A DNA stretch of 64,000 nt from contig NC_057719.1 of assembly GCF_004010195.1 (NCBI RefSeq), forward strand, positions 11,772,603 through 11,836,602. Direction: 5' to 3'. The position numbers and the translations under genes were made by a program. Origin of the DNA: Chiloscyllium plagiosum. Taxonomy: Eukaryota. Below, piece by piece: positions 27,206 to 41,412 of the stretch. Under the pieces are notes generated by a model. It had not been told where the DNA came from and searched no databases. It saw only the letters and a program-made list of their open reading frames with translations. How positions within the stretch are numbered: the first letter of the stretch is position 1; each line of letters starts with the position of its first letter.

Positions 27206-28250
27206 TCCCCATTTCTCATCAGTCCTAAATGTTTTACTCCATATCCTTTAGATACTTATTCCTCGTTCTGGACTCTCCCATCATCAGGAACACTATTCCT
27301 GCATCTACCCTGTCTAATCGTGTTCGAATTTTAAATCTGAGGTTTCTCCCCATACACTTCCCCCCCCACCAAATCATCACCACCAATCTTCTGAACTCTT
27401 GCAAGTGTAATCCTAACATTCACTCTCCTCTTATGTCAGTCCTGCCATTTCAACAAGATTCTTCACTGCACTCTGGATACCAAGAATATCCTTCATCAGA
27501 TGAGATTAAAACTGCGATAACATTGCCAGGTGTAGATTAGATTAGATTACAGTGTGGAAACAGGCCCTTCAGCCCAACAAGTCCACACCGACCCGCCGAA
27601 GCGAAACCCACCCATACCCCTACATTTACCCCTTACCTAACACTACGGGCAATTTAGTATGGCCAATTCACCTAACCTGCACATCTTTGGACTGTGGGAG
27701 GAAACCGGAGCACCCGGAGGAAACCCACGCAGACACTGGGAGAACGTGCAAACTCCACACAGTCAGTCGCCTGAGGCGGGAATTGAACCCGGGTCTCTGG
27801 TGCTGTGAGGCAGCAGTGCTAACCACCGTGCCCCCCTAATCTGTCACTTAGCCCATTGGCCTATCTGGTCAAGATCCTGTTCTAATCTGATCTTGCTTAA
27901 ACCCCTCTCTCCATATCCCCCATTCACAATTTGTAGCCATTTCGATGATCTGCCTTCCTGCTTCTACTGCCAAAGTGGATAAGATATCCATATTAGACTG
28001 ACATGAATTTGTCCATTTTCTCGGCTGGTCCAAAGCATCCATGTATACTCCCCCAGTTCTCCCTCCAACCCAGCTTTGTCATCTGCATGCTGAATTTATT
28101 AATAACATATTTCATTTTGTTCCCTCATCTAAATCGTTAATATATGTTGTGAATGAGTCTTAACACTTATCCCTGCGGTTCCCCACTAGTCCTCCCTGCC
28201 AAGCCGAGAAAGACCAGTTTATTCCTATTTTATTTCCTGTTTGCCAGGCA
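27206..28250 (-). mobile_element. CR1 fragment interrupted by a V-SINE
   Basis: LDRVDAGIVFLMMGESRTR motif; RT-region remnants at 27950-28250. Confidence 0.7.
27533..27836 (-). mobile_element. HE1-like V-SINE
   Basis: Nearly identical to 2575-2881; (TCTAA)n tail. Confidence 0.92.
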
Positions 28251-28494
28251 GTAAATACAAAATTGAGTAAACCCAAGTACCATAATACGGCACAACATGC
28301 AGTGGAACAAATTCTGTTCAAGGTCTGGTGATGACTTCAATTAAAACAATTGGCTAGCCATTGCTTTTTCACGTAGTTCAGCTCTAATGGTCCTTGGTGT
28401 ATGGATGGGGTTGATTTGCAGATCCACCACAACCTAATTAAATCTCAAAAAAAGGCTTAGAGGAGATTGGCCTTTTCCAACAGGTTTTCCTAAG

Positions 28495-28600
28495 GGCTGT
28501 TGTGGTGCAGAGGTAATGTCCCTACCTCTGAGCTGGAAGGCCTGGCTTCATGCTCCATCTGTTCCAGAAGTGTGTAATAATGTCTCTGAACAGGTTTTTG
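28495..28600 (+). mobile_element. Short tRNA-derived SINE (family C)
   Basis: gtggtgcagaggtaatgtccctacctctg...; second copy at 31900-32000 with B box GGTTCAAGTCC. Confidence 0.5.
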
Positions 28601-28664
28601 TTTAAAGAAAATGTCTTTCTCGCTGTCTCTCCTTTCCTTTTTCTTTCTTTTGGGCTTCACCCCC

Positions 28665-29330
28665 TTATCAGTTAGACAAGCTGGTTAAGGTGGCATAAGG
28701 ATATTTGCATTTATTAGCTGAGGTGCAGAATGCAATTGCAAGGACAACATGCTGGAACTGTATAAGATACTGGTAAGGTCACAATTAGAGTACTGTGTGC
28801 CATTCTGGGCACTACATTATCAGAAGGATGTGATTGCAGAAGAGGGTGCAGAGGAGATTCATCAGGGTGTTGCCTGGCCTGGAGGTTCTGAGCTATAGCG
28901 ATAGGTTGGACATCTTTTAATTGCAGCAGCAAAGGTTGTGGAGCATCTGATAAAAGTGTATATGATTTGAGGGTATAGGATGGATAGGAAAGCAGGTTTT
29001 TATCCATTAGCAGAGGGGGCAAATAACTGGTGATAGATTCTACCTAAGAGAAGAAGGGTGATGGGAGACTGAAACTCACTGCCTGAAAGTATAGCTGAGT
29101 CAGAAACTTTCATGACATTTTAAATATTCAGTTGACATTACAGTAGCCTCTAGGGCTATTGGGGTGAAAGTTGGAAAATTGGATTCGTCTAGTCAATCTT
29201 TGACTGATATGGATATGATTAAAGATTTAGATTCTCTACAGTATGGAAACAGGCCCTTCGGCCCAACATCGACCTCCGAAGACTAACCCACCCAGACCCG
29301 ATGGGCCAAATGGTTTCCTTTTGAGCTGTA
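28665..29330 (+). mobile_element. CR1 3' fragment containing an antisense V-SINE tail (29225-29300)
   Basis: LELYKILVRSQLEYCVPFWA motif. Confidence 0.75.
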
Positions 29331-30349
29331 AATATGAGTGTTAGTCACCCTTCTGGTTGTTGCAATGTGACGTCAATCTGCAATCTTGACCAAAGTCTTA
29401 GTGAGGCCAATATAAAATGGGGAAACTTGAGTATTAGTCTCATTAGCATCCTCTTCAATCAATGAGATGCCTGAATGTAAACACAGTGAGCCTGGATGTT
29501 CTGTTTTATTTAAATTTTTATTTTTGGTCCTTTAACAGAATATTTTGAATTCGTTTAATTTCCTGATTTCACTTGTCATTTTGTCTAATCACCAAATATG
29601 GTATTTCATTAGTGGTCAACGTTAGTGTTTTGGTAATTAGGAAATGCTCCATTGGTGTAACAAGTAGTAGCAAATTAGTGAGATTACATATTAATTTATT
29701 AGCTATGAGCAGCAGTTGAACAGATACTGTCGGCCTAACATTTAGTTATAGGCTAAATTTGTTTTTGAGGCTGGCCACACTGAAACTCAAATACTATTGT
29801 GGCCAATCACGGTTAAATGTACATCCAGATTAGACCATCACGGTGCATGGATATTTGAAAGCCGCTCCAGCTAAAATCCCTTTATCCCAATTCAATTCCA
29901 AAAGGTCATCAACCAGAATGTTACCTTTTTCTGTCTCTCAAAATAGATGCTGCCTGACCTGCATTTTTCTTCCTACAATATAAAAAGGAATTACAGATAT
30001 TACAGATACGAAAGATTGGAAATTACAACAAAATCTTGGAGAAACTCTGCAGGTCTGGCAGCATCTATGGAGACAGCAAAATTTGATGTTCTGTGTCCAG
30101 TTTTTCTTTTAGGAACCCTCTTTCTTTGGAATGTTTTCCTTTTCTTCCTCCGTTTTAATTTTGATATCCAATAGGTAATGAGCAAGGCCTGGAACCCAGT
30201 GTGAGTGTTGCCAGCATATGGTGTTCAAAGTGATTTTTATGGTTGATCTGTGAAACTTCCCATGCATTTGAGGCAAAGGTGAGCCCCTCAGATTTACCAG
30301 TTAGTTCATACACATCTTGACCTTCCTTCCATAGGGGTATGCAACATCT

Positions 30350-30590
30350 ACATACTAATTGCCCTTGAACTGAGTCTATTTCAGAGGGCAGTTAAGAGAC
30401 CAGATAAAGCAGATTTCCTAAACGTTAGTGAGCCAGTTGTGCTTTTAATAATTTTCATGGTCACCTACTTGCTTTGTCTTACAGATTTTGTCAATCTGAT
30501 AGATATTTCATGGGATTTGACTGTTGTCCCCAGAGCATCAGTCTTTAGATTACTAGTCCAATGACATTGCCACTACGCCACAGCCTTTCA
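30350..30590 (-). mobile_element. SINE family B, degenerate
   Basis: ctaattgcccttgaactgagt..ttcagagggcagttaagag..ttactagtccaatgacattgccactacgcca (antisense A box). Confidence 0.65.
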
Positions 30591-31496
30591 TTAATAGTGA
30601 CAAGTTGAGTCTAAAGATGATCAGCAGACCACTTAAATGACTGCAGTGTGGAATTTTGCAAGGTATCCTATGTAACAATTTGTAGTTTTTTGCTGATGCA
30701 AGTAAAGATGACTCACCTTGTACAGTTGGATAGTTATCCTCACTTTGAGTACCAGTTGCTAATATTAAGGTACTGCATGATCAAAAGCTGTTTTAACCCC
30801 CAGTCTCAAAAGTTCTGTTTATCCTAATGAAATGATATTGTTCCTCTCTTCCCCATCCTTAACCTGACAGAGTGCACAGCCTAATGCTGAAGTGTAGCTT
30901 GTTTTTATGCTGTGAGCCAGTGTCCATCAACAGTTAGAGAAAGAGATGGCCCAACCCAAGCTCCCTGGGGTTACACCTTGTTGTCAGAGGTGAAAGGGCA
31001 GTGTACTAACCCACTGCCCTCGCAGATATATTCTAAGAGACCAAGCGTTGAGGTCAAGTCATTTTTGAATCAAAACCATTAATAGATGAAGACGAAAGAA
31101 CTGCTCGAATCCTCTAAGGACTGAGTTAGGCTGAGATATTATGAGCAATCAGGAAATAGATGAATTCTTCATGTCAGACTTCATTTAAGACTAGATAAAT
31201 GCCAGACTTTGGTTACTTTAACTCAGGAATTGAAAACACATGTATGAACAAACTCAGTGTATATATATGGAACAAATGGTAGATGCTTTTGAATATTTTA
31301 AATGAAAAGAAAACCAGTTAATGCCCCAATTAATACTTTAATTGTCTACTCACAATTGTAGGTCCCAATACCAGTTCCAAAACAAGAGACTGAAACTGTC
31401 ATTACTGAAAGTAAAAGCCGGGCAGGGAGGGGAAAACATGATTATGACAAAGATAACTAAAACCTATTTGGACAAATTCTACCCAGAGGGGCATAT

Positions 31497-31610
31497 TGGG
31501 TGGCACAGTTACGCTCAGTGGTTAACACTGCTCCCACAGTGTCAGGGATCCAGGTTCAATTCCAGCCTTGGGTGACTGTTTGGCGTTTGTATTTTCTCCC
31601 CATGTCAATG
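31497..31610 (+). mobile_element. V-SINE 5' fragment
   Basis: gggtggcacag..ctcagtggttaacactgct..ggttcaattccagcc. Confidence 0.7.
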
Positions 31611-32483
31611 TCGGTATTGAGGCAGCTGACCTCAACCTTGACAAAGCACTTGCATGAACACTTGAAATGCCATAATATTCAAGACTATTGGGTCTAATAT
31701 TGGAAAGTGGGATTAGATTTAGTAGTCTAAGATTTAGTTTACCTTTGGCAGTATGGATAGGATGGGCTGAATGGCCTATTCTGTACTATGACTTTAAAAA
31801 TGGAAACAATAATGAGAAGATGGTGCTAGTTAATTTTCACAGATACTGTTATGCACCTGACAGTGGTCAGTGGTGATGACTAATAAATGTTGAGACTCTA
31901 GTGCATTGGTAGTGTCCCTACCCCTGGACAAAGATGCCTGGGTTCAAGTCCCACCTGCTCCAGAGGGGTATAATAACATCCCTAAACAGATTGTTTAGCA
32001 AACTTCTTGGGAAAGAAAGATCTGACTGAGGAGGACTTACCAAAGGTGTCCTGGACATTCCATGTTGTTCGCAACAACTCGGGGGGGGGGAGAGATATGA
32101 AACTTTGCAATAATGTAAAATGGTCAGTCATCATGGTTTTAAAGTAAATCATTAGAATCAGGAATGTGGAAACATTTTTTTTACAAAGCAGTCAGTTGTG
32201 ATCTAGAATGCCGGTTTAGATCAGAGTGGTGCTGGAAAAGCCCAAGAAAATCAATATTTCGGGCAAACGCCCTTCATCAGGAAAAGAAGTGCAGCCTGAT
32301 AGGGTGGTGGCAACAGATTATATAGAAACTTGCAAAAGTAAAGCTAATTAATCAAAAATAAAAGAAAGTAGAGTGCTGGGTCTAGAGCAGAGATGTCAGG
32401 TTAATTCAAATATTCTTTTCAAAGAGGTGGCACAAGCTGACTGGGTCAAATGGCCTCCTGCATTGCATGGTTCTAGTGTGCTT

Positions 32484-33110
32484 TGAGAAGATTTGTAGCT
32501 CTGGTTGAGATTCTGAATGGTTTGTTTTCAGGCATTTTGTCATTATATTAGGTAACATCATGAGTGAGCCTCCGGTGAAGCACTGGTGGTGTGGCCGCTT
32601 TTTATTTACATTTAGATTACCTTGGGTTGGTGACGGCATTTCCTTTTTTTTCTCAGTGGGTGGTAAATGGGATCCAAGTCAGTGTTTGTTGATAGCGTTC
32701 CGGTTGGGGTGCCAAGCTTGTAGGAATTCTCGTGCGTGTCTCTGTTTGGCTTGTCCTAGGATGGATGTGTTGCCCCAGTCGAAATGGTGTCCTTCCTCAT
32801 CTGTATGTAAGGATACTAGTGAGAGAGGGTCATGTCTTTTTGTGGCTAGTTGATGTTCTTGTATCCTTGTGGCAAGTTTTCTGCCTGTTTATTCAATGTA
32901 GTGTCTGTTACAGTTTATTGCAAGGTATTTTGTAAATGACATTAGTTTTGTTTGTTGTCTTTTTAGGGTCTTTCAAGTTCATTAGCTGCTGTTTTTAGTG
33001 TGTGAGTGAGTTTGTGGGCTACCATGACACCAAGAGGTTGCTGTAGTCTGGCAGTCATTTCCAAGATGTCTTTGTAGGGGAGAACGGCTAGGATTTCTGG
33101 TATGTTTCTA
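32484..33110 (-). mobile_element. Penelope-like element 3' fragment (GIY-YIG endonuclease, Poseidon-like)
   Basis: Minus strand: TNVIYKIPCN...TGRKLATRIQEHQLATKRHDPLSLVSLHTDEEGHHFDWGNTSILGQAKQRHAREFLQAWH (frameshifted), followed by a terminal repeat. Confidence 0.8.
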
Positions 33111-33214
33111 TACATAATACTAAACAGTAAGTGAGAGTAAGCTGCATGGCTGAGTGATGAACTCAGCAGGTGAACCTTAAATATAAATGTTATGCAAGAA
33201 GAGATAACAGATAC

Positions 33215-34775
33215 AGAGATATTAAAATTGCCAATGCAACACTTTTATTTGAAAAGAAAAGGAGACAGAAAACAAACTAAGCCAGTTAGCTTAAAGCCCT
33301 GTGAAAATGTTGAGTCTATTATAATGGATGTAATAACAGCGTTTTAAGAATGCATAATATGATCAAACATTTCAGCATGGCTTCATGAAGAGGCAACCAT
33401 GCCTGACAAATTTACTAGACTTATGAGAGGCAGTTAACAAATAGGATAGATAGAGGAAGCAGTGGATGTAATATGTTCTGAAAATCCAAATATATTTGAC
33501 AAGATTGCACATTAGGCTACTTAATAAGATGAACCGATAGTGTTGGATGTGGTATATTTGTGTAGACCGGATTGGAATAAAGTGGGCATTTTCAGGTTGG
33601 CAGCTTTAACCATCGGCATCAGTGCTGGGGCCACAAATACTGGAAGGCAAGTGGTGAGAATGAGAGTCTGCAGAGGGAGATTGCCAAGGAGGCAAATAGG
33701 AGGCAAAATCTTGGCTGATGGAATATGATGTGGGGTTATGTACTTTGGTAGGAAGGATAGAGGAGCTGAACATTATTTCAGTGGCCCGAAAGACTACAAG
33801 CCAGAGAACAGTGGGATCTGGGAGTCTTCATACATGAGTCACAAAATGCTGGCATCTAAATTCAGTGGGTAAAAGGTAAAGCAGACAATATTGGCCTTTA
33901 TTCCAAAGCAAATGGAATATAAAAGTCAGGAGGTTTGCTAAAACTGTACAAGGCACTAATCAGATCACAGTTGGAATACTGTGAACAATTTTGGGCCCCT
34001 AATTATTCATTAGGCTGATGCCATCTGTGGAGGAACTGTCATATGAGGAGAGGTTGAGTAGATTGGGCCTGTACTCATTGTCTCCCATTCCCCTATATTT
34101 CAATCTGATTGAAGCATACTAGAGGACTTGGAAGGATTGATGTGGAAAGGTTGCTTTTCCCCCTTGTGCAGAGGCTAGGACCAGCGAGCATAATAAAGGA
34201 TCACAACAAATAGGTCAGAAATGATTTTTTTATTACATTATATTTATTTATTTATTTTTATTTTATTTCTTTATTTTTATTTCATTAGTGTGGAAACAGG
34301 CTCTTCGGCCCAACAAGTCCACACCAACCCACCGAAGCGCAACCCACCCATACCCCTACATTTACCCCTTACCTAACACTATGGGTAATTTAGCATGGCC
34401 AATTCACCTGACCTGCACATCTTTGGACTGTGGGAGGAAACCAGAGCACCCGGAGGAAACCCACGCAGACATGGGGAGAACGTGCAAACTCCACACAGTG
34501 GAACTCCACACAGTCGGAATTGAACCCGGGTCTCTGGCGCTGTGAGGCAGCAGTGCTAACCACTGTGCCACCGTGCCGTCCACATTTTCTCATCAGTGTT
34601 GTGGAATTCTTTACCATGAGGGCTGTTGAGGCTGAGACAGATATTTTTTGTTTTGATCAGTAAGAGATTAGAGAGTTATGGAGAAAAGGCAGGAAACTGG
34701 AGCTGATTAATGAGTGTATTTGCCATGAGCCAATGGTGAAGCAGACTTGATGGGCCAAAGGGCTTACTGCTGCTG
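33215..34775 (+). mobile_element. Old CR1 ORF2 fragment interrupted by a V-SINE
   Basis: QHGFMKR.PCLTNLL and LKLYKALIRSQLEYCEQFWAP motifs; CR1 3' end near 34770. Confidence 0.75.
34225..34581 (-). mobile_element. HE1-like V-SINE with expanded A-rich tail
   Basis: Body at 34286-34581; T-rich run at 34225-34285; small internal duplication of aactccacacagt. Confidence 0.9.
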
Positions 34776-35589
34776 TGTGGTGGTAGGTTGGATTTTTGGG
34801 ACCTCTGTCCTTGCCCTGCATGTGGTGAAGTTTGCAGCTCTTTCACACACAACTTGAGAGCAGACAGGCAGATTGGGAAGAGGGAGAAAATGCGAAGAAA
34901 TTACAATTTGAAATATTTTAAATCCCCAAGACTCAACAGATTATTGCTTAAAGGAGTTCATTATCAGTCTTAATAGGTCATTAATGTACCAGTTTTAGTT
35001 TTCCAAAATTAATGGGAAGGTTAAGGGCGTGTCTGGTCATTTGAGAGAGAAATAGAGCTATATCAATCAGCCAGTAAATTCTGGAGACCTCCTATAGTGT
35101 CTGACCTCACATTGGCTGATATGCAGCATAATTGTGATATACTTTATTAGCATTGTTAGAGGACATGAACAGTTGATTTGTGATGTCGACTGACCCCATC
35201 AGAGAGAGTTCAATTCCCACCCAAGCTCAAGTTACCAAGAAGGATTCTCCTCAACTGTTCCCTCATCTGAGTAATGGTAACCCTCGGGTTAAGCTCTCAG
35301 AAATACTCTTGCTAAGGGAGATGCCCTATGGTCCAGTAGGCATGGTGATTTTATTTTGTTTTACGTTTTACAACATTAACAGGAGGATTTTGCCAATTAA
35401 CTGCTTTTGCTTGCTCAAAGTACCTCTAAGCCCTACCCCAGTTATATTTCTTTGGCAATTTATTATTGCTGTATTCCAATCCTCTCCTCCTTTACAATGT
35501 TTGTCTCCTCCTCCTTGATCTTTCCTTTTATCCCACTCCTCCTTCCCATTCTCTAGCCCCCTAGTCTTGTATTAAAAGAAGATTTAGGT

Positions 35590-36040
35590 TTTAGACTGAG
35601 CTCTGTGGAGAAAAGTTCCCTGGATCTGATTGATTGCATCTTTGGAATTCAAAGGATGTAGCTACAGTGATAGTAAATTAGTACCCATGTATCCACTAAG
35701 AATCTTAGATTCTGGAAAAGTGCCAGAGGATTTGATAACTGTCAATATACCACTTTTTTTTAATCCAAATGCTGAGGGGGGACACTAAATGGGGAACTAA
35801 AGGCCAGTTAGCATAATATCTGTCATAAGGACAATGTTAGAGTTTACTTGTAAAGGATGAAATAACAGAGCATTTAGAAATACCGACTCACATCAAGCAG
35901 AGTCAACTGGACTTCATGAAGGGCAAGTCATAGCTGAACATTTATTACAGTTCTTGAAGCAATTAACAAGCATGATACAAAGGGGTAATAATTCATGGAA
36001 TATATTAGCATTTCCAAAAGGTGTTCAATAAGATACTGCA
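35590..36040 (+). mobile_element. Old CR1 RT fragment (continues at 37179-37285)
   Basis: SLDSGKVPED, PVSI.SVI, GFMKGKS and FQKVFNKI-like remnants. Confidence 0.65.
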
Positions 36041-37178
36041 CATACTTCAGCAAGGCATTTGATAAGGTACCCCATGGTAGACTCATTCAGAAGGTCAGGA
36101 GGAATGGGATACAGGGGAACGTAGCTGTCTGGATACAGAATTAGCTGGCCAACAGAAGACAGCGAGTGGTAGTAGAAGGAAAATATTCTGCCTGGAAGTC
36201 TGTGATGAGTGGTGTTCCACAGGGCTCTGTCCTTGCGCCTCTACTGTTTGTAATTTTTATTAATGACTTGGATGAGGGGATTGAAGGATGGGTCAGCAAG
36301 TTTGCAGATGACACAAAGGTTGGAGGTGTCGTTGACAGTATAGAAGGCTGTTGTAGGCTGCAGCGGGACATTGACAGGATGCAGAGATGGACTGAGAGGT
36401 GGCAGATGGAGTTCAACCTGGATAAATGCGAGGTGATGCAGTTTGGAAGGTCGAATTTGAAAGCTGAGTACAGGATTAAGGATAGGATTCTTGGCAGTGT
36501 GGAGGAACAGAGGGATCTTGGTGTGCAGGTACATAGATCCCTTAAAATGGCCACCCAAGTGGACAGGGTTGTTAAGAAAGCATATGGTGTTTTGGCTTTC
36601 ATTAACAGGGGGATTGAGTTTGAGTCGTGAGATCTTGTTGCAGCTCTATAAAACTTTGGTTAGACCCCACTTGGAATACTGCGTCCGGTTCTGGTCACCC
36701 TATTATAGGAAAGATGTGGATGCTTTGGAGAGGGTTCAGAGGAGGTTTACCAGGATGCTGCCTGGACTGGAGGGCTTATCTTATGAAGAGAGGTTGACTG
36801 AGCTCGGACTTCTTTCATTGGAAAAAAGGAAGAGAGGGGACCTAATTGAGGTGTACAAGATAATGAGAGGCATAGATAGAGTCGATAGCCAGAGACTATT
36901 TCCCAGGGCAGAAATGGCTTACACGAGGGGTCATAGTTTTCAGCTGGTTGGAGGAAAGTATAGAGGGGATGTCAGAGGTGGGTTCTTTACACAGAGTTGT
37001 GAGAGTATGGAATGCGTTGCCAGCAGCAGCTGTGGAAGCAAGGTCATTGGGGACATTTAAGAGACTACTGGACATGCATATGGTCACAGAAATTTGAGGG
37101 TGCATACGTGAGGATCAGTGGTCGGCACAACATCGTGGGCTGAAGGGCCTGTTCTGTGCTGTACTTTCCTATGTTCTA
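36041..37178 (+). mobile_element. Young 5'-truncated CR1 LINE (RT through 3' UTR)
   Basis: ORFs 36166-36630 (SGVPQGSVL..FINDLD..KFADDTK) and 36491-37060 (LYKTLVRPHLEYC..ALERVQRRFTRMLPGL); tail tatgttctat. Confidence 0.95.
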
Positions 37179-38091
37179 TAAGGCTCCTTGATCAGATAAA
37201 AGTCCATCATGTTGGAATTTGGATAGAGAATGGTTGGTTCATTGAACATAGAGATGGGATAGAGAGGGCATTTTCAGGATGGCAAGCTAATCCATGGGAA
37301 CACCACCATTGCAAGGTTAATATGGAGAATAACCTCCATTGTATTGTGTGGCACTACCACTGTCTTAAATGGCACAGATTTCAAACCGATCTTGCAACTC
37401 AAGATTTGAGAATCAGAGGCACTGTGGGCCATCAACAGCTGCAGAATTGCATTCCAATTCCAGCTACAACCCCATGGTGTCATCAGTGATGCTGAATTTG
37501 GATTCCACCAGGGCAACTCCGCTCCTGTCCTCCAGAAGCCAGAGCAAAGCTGGAATCAGTGTATATTGGGGCAAACTCTCCACTGACTGGAGTCATACCT
37601 GGCACATCAGATGGTTGTGGTTGAAAGAGGTCAGTTTCCTCAGTGTTACGACACTGGGTGAACCACCTGCTTAATTTAAACCAGCAACACAGAAAATATC
37701 CCGTGTGGTAATTTGTGAAAACTCAAGAGGCCAAGAACTAATTAAAGTAAAAATTAACAACTTAGTTAATTATTCTCTTGTTTTACTTTAAGAAACAAGC
37801 AACTATATGCAACTTCCTATAACCTATCTTTAACTTTCCCTTTTATAATACTAGTCTGATAAAACCCCTGATTAAGGTTTACCAAAAATTGAAAATTTCA
37901 AAACCATCCAGATGTTGAATCTTCTCTTACATCTCCCTCAGCTACCTTCTTAGAGATTTCTGTTTCACAGGTTACTGGTCAGCAGTCTGACGATGCTGGA
38001 GGTTTGGCAGTTCTCCTCCCAACTGTTTAATTTTCCCAGTCTTCTATTCCCAAAGCATCGGATTGTGTCATTGGCTTTTAAAATTGTCAAT

Positions 38092-41000
38092 AGACAATAG
38101 ATGCAGGAGTAGGCCATTCTGCCCTTCGAGCCTGCACCACCATTCATTATGATCATGGCTGATCATCCTCAATCAGTATCCTGTTCCTGCCTTATCCCCA
38201 TAACCCTTGATTCCACTATCCTTAAGAGCTCTATCCAACTCTTTCTTGAAAGTATCCAGAGACTTGGCCTCCACAGCCTTCTGGGGCAGAGCATTCCATA
38301 CACCCACCACTCTCTGGGTGAAGAAGTTTCTCCTCAACTCTGTTCTATGTGGCCTTCCCCTTATTTTTAAACTGTCCTCTGGTTCGGGACTTACCCATCA
38401 GCGGAAACATGCTTCCTGCCTCAAGAGTGTCCAATCCTTTAATAATTTTATATGTCTCAATCAGATCCCCTCTCAGCCTTCTAAACTCAAGCGTGTACAA
38501 GCTCAGTCACTCCAATCTTTTAGTGTAAGATAGTCCTGCCATTCTGGGAATTGACCTCGTGAACCTACGCTGCACTACCTCAATAGCCAGAATGTCTTTC
38601 CTCAAACTTGGAGACCACAACTGTGCACAATATTCCAAGTGTGGTCTCACCAGGGCCCTGTGCAGCTGCAGAAGGACCTCTTTGCTTCTATACTCAATTC
38701 CTTTTGTTATGAAGGCCAGCATGCTATTAGCTTTCTTCACTACCTGCTGTACCTGCATGCTTGCTTTCATTGACTGAAGAAGGGCTTATGCCCGAAACGT
38801 CGATTCTCCTGTTCCTTGGATGCTGCCTGACCTGCTGCGCTTTTCCAGCAACACATTTTCACTTCATTGACTGATGTACAAGAACACTTAAATCTCGTAC
38901 TGCCCCTCTACCTAATTTGACTCCATTTAGGTAGCCTTCCTGTTCTTGCCACTAAAGTGGATAACCACACATTTATCCACATTAAACTGCATCTGCCATG
39001 CATCCGTACACTCACCTAGCCTGTCCAGGTCACCCTGTATTCTCCTTACATCCTCCTCACATTTCACTCTGCCACCCAGCTTTGTGTCATCAGCAAATTT
39101 GCTAATATTACTTCATCTATATCATTAATGTACATTGTAAAAAGCTGCAGTCCCAGCACTGATCCCTGCGGCATACCTACTGGTCATCACCTGCCATTCC
39201 AAAAGGAAGCCGTTTATAATTACTTTGTTTCCTGTCAGCCAACCAATTTTGAATCCGTCAGTATTTTACCCCTAATACCATACACCCTAATTTTGCTCAC
39301 TAACTTATATGTGGGACTTTATCAAAGGCTTTCTGAAAGTCCAGGTATACTACATCCACTCGATCTCCCTTGTCCATCTTCAGAGTTACATCCTCAAAAA
39401 ATTCCAGAGGATTAGTCAAGCATGATTTCCCCTTCATAAATCCATGCTATGACCTATCCTGTTACTGCTATCCAGATGTGTCGTAATTTCGTCCTTTATA
39501 AGTGACTCCAGCATTTTCCCCCACCGCTGAGGTCAGACTAACTGGTCTATAATTCTCTGTTTTCTCTCTCCCTCCCTCCTTAAAAAGTGGGACAACATTA
39601 GCCACCCACCAATCCGCAGGAACTGATCCTGAATCTATAGAACATTGGAAAATGATCACCAATGCATCCACGATTTCTAGAGCCACCTCCTTCAGTACCC
39701 TGGGATGCAAACCATCAGGTCCCAGGGACTTATCAGCCTTCAGACCTAACAGCCTCTCCAACATCATTTCCTGCCTAATATAAATTCCCTTCAGCCACTA
39801 TTACATCTGGGAGATTGCTCATGTCTTCCCCAGTGAAGACAGATCTAAAGTACCAATTCAACTCTTCTGCCATTTCTTTGTTCCCCGTAATAAATTTACC
39901 CGTTTCAGTCTTCAAGGGCCCAATTTTAGTCTTAACCATTTTTTTTTATTTTCACATACCTAAAAAAAGCCTTTATTATCCTCCTTTATATTTTTGGCCA
40001 CTTTACCTTCGTACCTTATTTTTTGTTTGCAGATTTCCTTTTTAGTTTTCCTCTTTTCTTTAAAAGCTTCCCAGTCCTCCGATTTCCCACACATCTTTGC
40101 TATGTTATACTTTTTCCCTTTTGTCTTTATATGGTCCTTAACTTCCCTCATCAGCCACGGCCACCTCTGCCTCCCCTTAGGATCTTTCTTCCTTTCGGAA
40201 TGAACTGATCCTGCATCTTCTGCATTACACCCAGAAATACCTGCCATTGTTGTTCCACTGCCATCCCTGCTAGGGTATTGCACTATTGAACTTTGGCCAG
40301 CTCCTCCCTCATAGCTCCATAGTTCCCCTTATTCAACTGAAATATTGTCACTTCCGATTCTACCCTCTCCCTTTCAAACTGCAGATTAAAGCTTATTGTA
40401 TTGTGGTCACTACCTCCTAATGGCTCCTTTACTTCGAGGTCCGTGATCAAATCCGGTTTGTTGCACAACACCAGATCCAGAATTGCCTTCTCCCTGGTAG
40501 GCTCCAGCACAAGCTGTTCTAAGAATCCATCTCAGAGGCACTCCACAAACTCCCTTTCTTGGGGTTCAGTACCATCCTGATTCTCCCAGTCTACCTGCAT
40601 GTTGAAATCCCCCATAACAACTGTAATAATATCTTTGCAACAGGCCAATTTCAGTTCCTTATTCAATTTACACACTACATCCAGGCTACTGTTTGAGGGC
40701 CTGTAGATAACTCCCATTAGGGTCTTTCTACCCTTAGAATTTCTCAGCTCTATCCATACTGACTCTACATCCCCTGATTCTAGGTCCCCCCACACAAGGG
40801 ACTGAATATCATTCCTTACCAACAGGGCCACCCCACCCCCTCTGTCCGTCAGTCTGTCCTTACGATAGCACGTATAGCCTTGGATATTCATTTCCCAGGC
40901 CCTGTCCACTTGAAGCCACGTCTCAGTTATCCCTACAACATCGTAACTGCCAATTTCCAAATGAGCCTCGAGCTCATCCACTTTATTTCTAATGCTTCGT

Positions 41001-41412
41001 GCATTCATATATAATTTTTAATTTGTTATTCCCCTCACTCTTCCTATCAATCCCTATTTCACTTGACCTTACAGCATGATCCTTTTTTGAGTTTTCTGCT
41101 CCATTTATTCTGTTGTCTTTCTTGACTTCTCTTGTTCTAACTTGCCCTTTAACTTCCTTCTTAAACTTCCAGTTTGGCCCCTCCCCCCGCTATTTAGTTT
41201 AAACGCAGCTGTGTTGCAGTGGCAAACCTGCCTGCCAGAATGCTGGTCCCCCACCTATTAAGGTGCAACCCACCCCTCTTGTATAATTTATCCTTACTGC
41301 TAAACACATCCCAGTGATCCAAGAATTTAAATCCTTGCTTCCTGCACCAGTTCCGCAGCCACACATTCAAGTCCATTATCTCCCTGTTCCTGTCCTCTCC
41401 AGCCCGAGGAAC
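38092..41412 (-). mobile_element. Long CR1 LINE: ORF1 esterase C-terminus plus ORF2 (APE + RT), frameshifted
   Basis: ORF 41194-41418 (NVWLRNWCRKQGFKFLDHW..GLHLN), ORF 40532-41008 (NARSIRNK..GITETWL..MGDFN), and RT ORFs. TSD TGTCAAT at 38085-38091 and 41413-41419. Confidence 0.95.
38778..38862 (+). mobile_element. Mini Penelope terminal-repeat insertion with hammerhead motif
   Basis: CTGAAGA-A-GGGC-TTAT-GCCC-GAAA-CGTC. TSD TTCATTGACTGA at 38766-38777 and 38863-38874. Confidence 0.85.
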